A stretch of 64,000 bases of DNA from a virus (Duplodnaviria > Caudoviricetes). Below, piece after piece: positions 31,163 to 39,755 of this stretch. Below the pieces are notes generated by a model that did no database searches, was not told where the DNA came from, and saw nothing but the letters and a program-made list of their open reading frames with translations. The position numbers and the translations under genes are program-made. Each line of letters opens with the position of its first letter. Within the stretch, counting starts at the first letter, position 1. Location: IMG/VR virus record IMGVR_UViG_3300031760_004705, positions 1 through 64,000 of that record; one strand, 5' to 3'.

Positions 31163-31633
31163 TTATCCTAATTTAATATAAACATCTTTACTATTAGCAT
31201 CACCTATTGCTACTGTTACTGTTCCAGTTCCGACTTTTCTTGAATAAAGTATTGTATTACCGCCAGAATAATATACTCTTTGTACAATAAGAGAAGCAGC
31301 GCCAGGATTAAAACCAGTAGCTCCTAAAAAAGTATATCCAGATGGAGCTGTTTTATCATCTAAAGTTATAGTTTTTGCAGTTCCCAATCGTCCTGCAGCT
31401 GGACCTGCAGCAAAAGTTACTTGAGCACTATTTTTTGCAGCTTTATAGGTTATATCAAAATTATTTAATCTATTAATTGCAGTTGTAGCATTTGTAGCTC
31501 CAGTAGAAGCATTACTTCTAATTGTAGATAAATCAGAGATAGTATTTTGTTTTCCAGCAAGACTTGTACGACTGTCAGCGTCACAGATATCATATACTGT
31601 ATTACCTATTTGAAGTTGTTTAACATCTGCCAT
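31163..31633 (-). CDS. Docking-motif tail protein, tandem paralog B (156 aa)
   Basis: VKQLQIGNTVYDICDADSR..GKQNTISDLSTIRSNAS. Confidence 0.8.
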   Translation of the reverse strand: MADVKQLQIGNTVYDICDADSRTSLAGKQNTISDLSTIRSNASTGATNATTAINRLNNFDITYKAAKNSAQVTFAAGPAAGRLGTAKTITLDDKTAPSGYTFLGATGFNPGAASLIVQRVYYSGGNTILYSRKVGTGTVTVAIGDANSKDVYIKLG

Positions 31634-31647
31634 AATTCATCTCCTTT

Positions 31648-32118
31648 TTATCCCTTTTTAAAATATACATCTCTACAACTTGCATCACCTATTGCTACTG
31701 TTACAGCAGATGTAGTCATATTTCTACCATTTATATAACTAATACCGGCTAAATGATTTAACTTTGTAGTAATTATTGCTGGCGATCCAGGATATCATCC
31801 AGCAGTTCCTAAAAACTTATGCCCAGAAGGCGCGGTTTTAGTACTCATTGTTAATCTACTTTCAGCGCCTAATGCTCCTTGAGCACTAGAAGCAGCAAAA
31901 GTGATTTTACTTGCATTTGTTGCTGTTACGGCACTAAAACTAAAATTACCAATTCTAGTAATTGCTGTTGCTGCTTGAGTTTTACCTGTAGAAGCATTTG
32001 ATCTAATCGTAGATAAATCAGAGATAGTATTTTGTTTTCCTGAAAGACCTGATTGAACAGTGGCATCACAAAGATAATAATTCATATCACCTATTTTAAT
32101 TACTTGAATATCTGCCAT
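31648..32118 (-). CDS. Docking-motif tail protein, tandem paralog A (156 aa, 1 TGA=Trp)
   Basis: IQVIKIGDMNYYLCDATVQ..GKQNTISDLSTIRSNAS; reading through TGA gives the same length and C-terminus as paralog B. Confidence 0.8.
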
Positions 32119-32127
32119 TTTAACTCC

Positions 32128-32904
32128 TTATGAAATGCCAGTAACAACAGTTTTTTTAGTAACTCCGGTTACAACAGTTTTCTTTGAAATATTTGGAATT
32201 GTAAAAGCAGTACCCAAAGTTGGAGCAGATCCAACAGAAGTAACATTTGGAATAGATTTTGCAGTATAAGATAAACTTGGCAATGTACCAACTGCAGTCA
32301 CATTTGGAATTGACTTTGCTGTATAAGATAAACTTGGTAAAGTTCCAACTGCTGTAACATTTGGAATTGATTTTGCACTATATGATAAACTTGCAGCTGT
32401 GCCTGCAGTTACGGTAGCAGAAGCTCCATTTGTAACCTGGTCTTCTCCACCATTTAAAACATATTCAGGGAAAATTACTCTTTCATTTGTTGAATCATAA
32501 GTAATCTGTACTGCATTAACACCAGAGACTACTGTATTTGGAGTTACTGCAGTTGGGGTATTTGTAGTTCAACCTGTAATGTCATCCGCAGGGATTGCCG
32601 TTCCTAATGTTGGTAATGTACCTGCACTCCATGCAGTAATATCATCTGCAGGAATCGCAGTTCCAAGAGTTGGTAATGTACCTGCAGATCATGCTGTAAT
32701 ATCATCTGCGGGAATTGCTGTACCTAAAGTTGGAGCAGAACCTACAGATGTAACATTCGGTACTGTAAAAGCTGTACCAACTGTGACTGAATCGCCAGTA
32801 GTTACAGTAACAGAATCTCCTGTAGATACTGTACCATGTATTGCACTTGAATCTTTAATATTATAGGTAGTGCTACCTAATTTTATTTTTGAAACATCAG
32901 CCAA
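32128..32904 (-). CDS. Short repeat fibre with docking motif (258 aa, 2 TGA=Trp)
   Basis: VSKIKLGSTTYNIKD; 3x20-aa and 3x19-aa tandem repeats flanking a central segment; TTG start. Confidence 0.8.
32220..32395 (-). repeat. About 3 x 57-bp tandem repeat (SLSYTAKSIPNVTAVGTLP)
   Basis: ataaact anchors at 32271, 32328, 32385. Confidence 0.9.
32565..32745 (-). repeat. 3 x 60-bp tandem repeat (TLGTAIPADDITAWSAGTLP)
   Basis: Exact 60-nt period; the Trp position is TGA/TGG/TGA in the three copies. Confidence 0.9.
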
Positions 32905-32917
32905 TTAATCTCACCAC

Positions 32918-33490
32918 CTAAATATTCATTGTTATTGTATCACTTGCATAAGTGAATAAATTCTTTCAAGAAGGACTTCAATCTGTTGCTTTGTGTCCTT
33001 TTTCTAATTTTACATTTTTTATAGTAACAGTGGTTCCCGCAGTTGTATTACCACTTGCACCTAATCTTCCAGCAATACAATTTTTTAATGCGGCTGCACC
33101 ACTATTAAAAGTTCATGTTACTCAATATTTTTTATATTCAGTTGTTAAAGTAAAGGTAGAATTACCATCAGAAGATGTTCCTGTAATACCTTGATTATTA
33201 ACACAAGAAGCATTTTGAACAATACCAGATGCGTTATTATAAAAATAAGAAATCATTTTTGTATTTGCTACAGATGCTTTTGCTTCAAAAGACAAAGTTC
33301 AAACATCATTAGGTTGAACCGTTGCAATATTACTTCAAACTTTAAAATCAGAATAACCAGAAGAAGGTACTGTTCCAGTAAATTCACCTTTCGAAGCAGG
33401 TAAATAATTGTATCCACCTCATTTAGAAAATCTATCAACAATAGAATAAGTAGTACCATTAGTACCTTTAATAGCTTTAATATCTGCCAT
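32918..33490 (-). CDS. Docking motif + carbohydrate-binding-module-like jelly roll (190 aa, many TGA=Trp)
   Basis: IKAIKGTNGTTYSIVD..GGYNYL..[W]TLSFEAKA..YKKY[W]VT[W]T..VKLEKGHKATD[W]SP. Confidence 0.7.
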
Positions 33491-33505
33491 ATGTACTACT
33501 CCTTT

Positions 33506-34159
33506 CTATTGGAAAAATGTAATCGTCTCATTAGCATAAGTTGCTAGGTCATAATAAGATGGAGTTCAGTCTGTAGGTTTATTGCCTTTTTCTAATTTTG
33601 CATGAGCAAAACGGCAAGTTAAACCAGTACTATTTCCAGTCACGCACATGCCAATTAAAAATTCTCAATCAAGTTTAGCACTACTGCTTGGTTGGAATGT
33701 GAAACGATATTGTGTTCAAGTATTAGCTGGAATAGAAACATTATTTTGTGAAGTTCATCCAGTATATCCAGCTGTTGCAGACCCATTTCTTCAACCAGTA
33801 TGCATATGTGCAGTTGTTGCAAGGCTAGACTTTAATCAGCAAGTAAAAGTATAAATCTCTCCAGCTTCAATTGCCCCAGGTTTGGAACATCAAGAACATC
33901 CTCTATTTCCTGTACCTGTATCATTATTAAGAACTAAAGAATTACTACTATTATCATATTCCTCTAAAGTAAATAATGAAATGGGCGAATTATATCCAGC
34001 AGTCTGTCCAAAAGTAAATGCAGCAGACATTGTAGTTGCTGGAAGTACATAATTATTAGTAGCACCTAAGAGATTTTCATTTCCAAAAGTAGAAACTTTA
34101 TCTTGTAAATCATAAGTGACATTATTTAGTCCTTTAATCTGTGAAATTAAATCTGCCAT
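33506..34159 (-). CDS. Docking motif + CBM-like domain (217 aa, about 7 TGA=Trp)
   Basis: ISQIKGLNNVTYDLQD..NENLL..YTFTC[W]LK..[W]TQYRFTF..AKLEKGNKPTD[W]TP. Confidence 0.7.
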
Positions 34160-34167
34160 AATGTCAC

Positions 34168-34788
34168 CTACTCACTATATAATTCAATTGTTTCGTTACC
34201 AATAAATTTTGCAATATCTTCTGGCGCAGGACTTCAATCAGTTGGTTTATTACCTTTTTCTACTTTAACTTTTGCCATTCAAATTTCATCTGCGGTAGTT
34301 GTATTGCTACCAATCATTAAATTAAATCCTACACAATTTGCAGGAGCAGTGTATACAGGTGAAACATAATGGGCAGAAGTAGTAGTTAAAGCTGGAGAAA
34401 ATCAAACCTGAGAAATAATACTACCAGAAGAATTCATTCAATGTATTCCCGCACAACATTTTTGGCCAGCCGTTTTAGCATATGCATCAAAAGATACTAT
34501 AATTTGATCTCCTTCTGCAACATCCCCATATCCTCCACGGTGAACAGAATTTTGAGAATAGCCTTGATATTGAGTTGTGGTTGAAACAATGTGCATATAA
34601 TTAATTCCATTAATTGTTACAACTTCTCTAGTAGTAGGACTTCCTCAATTTACTCAAGGTGCAGGTGGAGTAGCACTTAAAAATCTAGTATTATAAACAA
34701 GATTGCGGCCGCCCCATATAGAATAATCGTCTCTGATATTGTAATTAACATTATCAGAGGTGGCTTTTATCTGAGAAATAACTGCCAT
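34168..34788 (-). CDS. Docking motif + CBM-like domain (206 aa, about 6 TGA=Trp)
   Basis: ISQIKATSDNVNYNIRD..WGGRNLVYN..VSFDAYA..VKVEKGNKPTD[W]SPAPED. Confidence 0.7.
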
Positions 34789-34806
34789 TTAAAAGCCACC
34801 ACCTTT

Positions 34807-37443
34807 CTATGCAGGAACACTAGTTGTTGCAGATGTTCCAGTAAATGTCGAAGTATAAGTCTTAGGTACTGCAATATTACCAGTAACAAGTCGTACTGCT
34901 GTACCTGTAAAGGTAGGAGCACTAACACTACCAGCAGGTGTATAACTGCCAGTAGAAGTTATCGTTGCAGCTGTACCAGTAAATGCAGGTGCAGAGTTCG
35001 TTCCAGCAGGAGTATAATCTTGAAGGACAAGTCGTTTACCTGTGCCCGTAAATGTAGGCTGAGAAACTGTTCCGGCTGGAGTATATGATCCGGTTGAAGT
35101 AATGGTTGCAGCTGTACCTGTAAATGTAGGCTGCGTAGATTGATAAGCTGCATCTCCAGTTTTAACGGTTGTATTAGATCCCTTAGTAGGTAGTGTACCA
35201 GCAGACCAACCAGAAGCAGAACCGTTAGTTGCAGTTGTAAATGACATTACTTCATTTGAAACTGAAGTTCCTGTAATAACTGTTTGATTTGTAACTGTTA
35301 AAGTAGGTAATGTTCCAACAGCAGTAATACTATTAACAGTTGTAGTTGTGCCCGCAGTTTTAACTGAAATAGTTGGGGTACTAACTGTACCAGCTGGGGT
35401 ATAAGATTTACTAACTGAAATCGTTGCAGCCGTACCACTAAATGTTGGTTGTGATACTGTACCTGCAGGAGTATATGTTGCAGTACCGCTACTTGCAGGA
35501 CTAACTGTTAAACCAGTAGCTTTTGTACCTGTAAATGTAGGTGCAGCAACACTACCTGCTGGAGTATATGATTTGCTAACTGAAATTGTAGCGGCCGTAC
35601 CTGTAAATGTTGGTGCACTATTCGTACCCGCAGGGGTATATGTGGTAGTTCCACTAGAGGCCGCACTAACTGTAGCAGTTTTATTTTCAGTTGTAGCAGT
35701 ACTAGTTGCAACCGTACCAGTTGCAGTTACAGTATGCTTATGATTTCCCTTAGCAGCAGTAGATGCCGTATTTCCAAGAGCAAGAGAAGCACTAATTTCT
35801 ACATACCCAGCAGTTGATCCACCATAACGATAAGTTTTATTTGTAGATACATCTACATAAATTTTATCTGCGGCAGCTGCAATTTCAGTAGTATGTGCAG
35901 ACTCTGCATAAAATTTATTGTTATATAAATATCCTTCTTTAATTTCATCAATTGAGCCTGGAAGGACTGATGTAGGAATTGTACCAGTTAATTTACTTGC
36001 ATTTAATGAACTAGATGAAGTTAAGAATCCTGTCACTGTATGAGTATGAGTTCCTGTTGCAGTAATATGGCCCTGAGCATCATATGTTACATAAGGTACT
36101 GCTAAAGTAGAACCACTAGTTGCAGAAGATGTACCTGCGGTTCCCGCAGTTACAGCATTAGTATGTTGAATAACTGTTCCATTTAATTTAATGCCAGTAT
36201 TAGCAGTATATGTTGTATTATTATCAGGTACGGTAACTGTACCAAGACTTTCACCATTTTTATTTTTTAAAGTAATAGTATGATCTGAAATACTAAAACT
36301 AGCTGCATAAGAAGTCTTAATATTATTACCAGATTCATCCTGAGTTGCTTTAGTCGCGGTAGATGCATTTCCATTTAAGGGACCATTAAATTGAGTAGAA
36401 GTAACTTGCGCAGGAAAACTAGCATTTTGAGAATTATCGTAGGAATATAAATGACCCTCTTTTGCCATATTAGAAGGAGTTATCCAGCCAACGCCGCCGA
36501 ATCCCATAATTCTTTGAACTGTTAAGCCATTATAATTAGTATTTCCACCATTTGCCTTAAAAATAAATCTTATACGGCCATATTGAGAACCAGCTGTATT
36601 TCCATAAGTGGCAATACCACTTGTATTAATTATATTATATCCACTTCAACCAGAGATTCCTATATCTTCTGTTTCATTTACAAAAGTTGTAGGAGTAGAT
36701 TGTAGTGCTTTTTGAATTTGTACGGTACAAGAACTACTGCCATTTGTTGAAATATAAATAACAAATTTATTTAAAACAGTATAAACAGAAGCGGCTCCTG
36801 TATCAATTGTTATTCTTAATTGATATTTATTTGTATTTGCAGTTGCTTTATTTGTGTTATCTGCTTTTCCAATTAAAAAACTTCCGCCTGTTCCAAAAAG
36901 AGTAGCATTAACGTTTGCTCCAGCTCCATAATCAGTTCAAGTTGATCCTCCGTCACGACTATATTCAATTGTTACAGAAGAGCCTTTTATAAAAGCTAAT
37001 CTATTAGCTCCTAAATTTGGAACCATTGCTGCATCAATAGGGCCATACGATGCCGCAAAATTTTTACCTCCTCAAGTTAAATAAGCTTCTGGATAACCAG
37101 TTAAAGTATGAGTATGAGTTCCAGATTTTGTGATATGTCCTTGTGAATCATAAGTAACATAAGGAATATCTATTGTCCCATTTACACTTGAGGTAGCACT
37201 TGATGCTCCTGCTGTCGCGGCAGTAACATTATTTGAATGGTTAAAAGTTGTACCCGAAAGGCTTAAACCACTACCAGCACTATATGTAGTATTATTATCT
37301 TGTTGTGTAAAGGTAAAAGTTGTACCATCTCGTCTAGTTGCTGTAAAGGTGGTACCATTTCTTGTAATATTAGCTATTGCACTTCCATCTTTAATATTAT
37401 AGCTACTATTATTAGGAAGTGTAATTTTTGAAATATCTGACAT
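34807..37443 (-). CDS. Long tail fibre with docking motif, HxH motifs and nested YTPAGT/PTFTGT repeats (878 aa, 3 TGA=Trp)
   Basis: Track ORFs 37072 and 34807 join in frame; ISKITLPNNSSYNIKD, duplicated PYVTYDxQGHITxxGTHTHTxTG, Thr/Gly/Ala repeats. Confidence 0.85.
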
Positions 37444-37490
37444 TAATATTATCACCCACCTTTAGTGTAATCACCTAATTTGTTTCATAT

Positions 37491-37532
37491 AAAATAAAAA
37501 GGGCAACTCTGTAATTATACAAAGTTGCCCTT
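37491..37532 (-). terminator. Intrinsic terminator (minus strand)
   Basis: gggcaactttgta-taat-tacagagttgccc then tttttatttt. Confidence 0.8.
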
Positions 37533-37543
37533 GAAAGCATTTA

Positions 37544-39181
37544 TTAACTATAAGTAACAGTAGCGTCAGTATTGTTTTGAGTAAGTGTAACGTTAATTGT
37601 TCCTTCAGGAGTAAAGGTTGTATCTCCACTAGTTGCTTTACTAACTGTAGTAGTTTTATTAGCAGTAGTTGCGGTAGAAGTAGCAACCGTACCAGCAGGA
37701 GTAAAGTTTCCACTAGCAGAAATTGATCCATCAGTAAATGTTGAAGTATAAGTCTTAGGTACTGCGATATTTCCAGTAACAAGACGCACTCCGGTACCAG
37801 AGAATGTAGGCTGAGACACGGTACCTTTAGGAGTACCTTTGACAGTAACAGTTGCTGAAGTGCCAGTAAAGCTGGGTGCAGTATTTGTACCAGCAGGAGT
37901 ATAAGTAACCTCACCACTTGAAGCTGCACTAACAGTAGTAGTCTTATTAGTATTGGTAAGACCAATAGTACCAGCAGGTGTATAACTTCCACTCGCGGAA
38001 ACTGCACCATTAGAGAATGTTGGCTGAGATACAGATCCTGCAGGGGTATAATCTTGTAAAACAAGACGCTTACCCGTACCTGTAAAGGTAGGTGCGCTCG
38101 CCGTAATAGTAACATCTGTAGTTGTAATTGAATTAGTTTTAGTTGCACCAATTTGATATAAACTCAATGTTTCACCTGAGACACTATAATAAGTAATTGC
38201 ATTCGCAGGAGCAGTCGCGCCAGGTGCAGCCGCAGCTAAAGCATTGACAACATTTACTGCTGTTGGATTTTTAATAGTAGTCGCAGAACCTCCACTTGTT
38301 ACTGAAATTGTAGGTGCGGTAACAGTACCTTGTGGAGTATATGTAGCGGTTCCGCTTGATGCAGGACTAACAGTTAAACCTGTAGCTTTTGTACCCGTAA
38401 AGGTAGGCTTAGAAACTGTACCTGTTGCAGTACCAGTAACACTAACTGTTTCAGCAGTACCAGTAAAACTTGCAGAAGTAGGAACTGGAATATCTCCAGT
38501 TACTAAACGTACACCCGTACCAGTAAATGTAGGTGCGGCAACCGTACCGGCAGGCTTGAATGAACCTGAAGAAGTAAGCTCTGATCCAGTAAATGTTGGT
38601 TGAGTTACTGTTCCCGTAGGCGTATATGTTGCCGTGCCACTTGAGGCAGGAGATACAGTAGCAGTTTTATTTTCAGTTGTAGCTGTTGTAGTAGAAACAG
38701 TACCACTTGCGGTACCACTAACTTCAACAGTACCTTCTGTTCCAGTAAAAGTAGAAGTATAAGTTGCGGGTACTGGGATATTTCCTGTCACTAAACGAAC
38801 AGCCGTACCAGTAAATGTTTTAGCACTAATACTGGCTTTATCATATTTAACATTAACCGTATTCTTAGTAGCTAAACTACCATAGCTATTAAGAGCATCA
38901 AGTAAATGCCATTTTTCACCATCATATAAGAATTCTTTAGTTGATGTATCTCCCGCAGTTGTTGGAGCAAAAATTAAATCGCCTTTAACAGGAGTATATG
39001 CACTACCATTTACTTGTATAGAAGATGTAGTAGCTCCATCTGTTAAAGCTGTAGTAGTAACACCAACTAATTTAACACCATTATCTATTGCTTCAAGAGT
39101 TTCAATTTGACCTCGAGCTCAAGAGTCTTTAATATTATAAGTATTACCATTAGGTAATGTAATCTTTGAAATATCTGCCAT
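37544..39181 (-). CDS. Tail fibre with docking motif and nested repeats (545 aa, 2 TGA=Trp)
   Basis: ISKITLPNGNTYNIKDS[W]AR; same repeat modules as 34807-37443. Confidence 0.85.
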
Positions 39182-39217
39182 TTAAGGAAATTCACCTTCC
39201 TCTCATTAAAATTCTAA

Positions 39218-39679
39218 TCATAATTCTCGACTAAGGACCAGAGTTTCTCCTAATTCTGATTGAGAAGAAGGTATATTTAATCTTTCTGCTTGTTTTTGAG
39301 CAGTAGTTAAATTTGAATATTCTGTCCCTAAATAAGCATTAACTTTATTTCTAATCGCATTTGTAACAGCAGTATAATTATAAACTGGTAAATCACCAAT
39401 GTATGCACTACCATCACCAACAGCAATTCCAATTTTATTTGGCTCTTGGAAAATATATACTTGTCCAAGAGTGGATGTTTTTCCAGACATAGTTGAATTA
39501 TAAGTTATTAATTCAGAATCAGGAATTATGTGGAGCCGTTTTCCATTATCCATGTCAACATACATGTCACCAAGACCATCTGTGCCAGCTCGTTCAATTA
39601 TAAAAATAGCACCGTCTTGCCGAGTTTCAGGTAAGGAGGTCCCTTGCGCTCCACGATAAAATTTAACTTTTCCAGCCAT
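39218..39679 (-). CDS. Tail/head fibre-associated protein (153 aa)
   Basis: VKFYRG..DGAIF..; NKIGIAVGDGSAYIGDLP, a motif typical of phage fibre proteins. Confidence 0.6.
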   Translation of the reverse strand: MAGKVKFYRGAQGTSLPETRQDGAIFIIERAGTDGLGDMYVDMDNGKRLHIIPDSELITYNSTMSGKTSTLGQVYIFQEPNKIGIAVGDGSAYIGDLPVYNYTAVTNAIRNKVNAYLGTEYSNLTTAQKQAERLNIPSSQSELGETLVLSREL

Positions 39680-39706
39680 GCGGCCCTCCTTTGTATATGA
39701 AGAAAC

Positions 39707-39731
39707 AGAGGGGTACTAAATGTACCCCTCT
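39707..39731 (-). terminator. Hairpin downstream of the abundant 39756 gene
   Basis: agaggggtac-taaat-gtacccctct; weak U tract. Confidence 0.55.
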
Positions 39732-39755
39732 ATAAAATTTTATGAACAATAGAAA

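Noticed and set aside
32128-38850. CRISPR array
   Set aside because: The repeats are in-frame, degenerate at third positions and lack unique spacers
34807-38850. Ice-nucleation or mucin-like disordered repeats
   Set aside because: No strict 8/16-residue periodicity; the nested module order fits a fold-back fibre better
27305-39181. Diversity-generating retroelement or invertible shufflon in the fibre region
   Set aside because: No reverse transcriptase or recombinase in the window, no template/variable repeat pair with A-specific differences, and all genes are co-oriented without flanking inverted repeats
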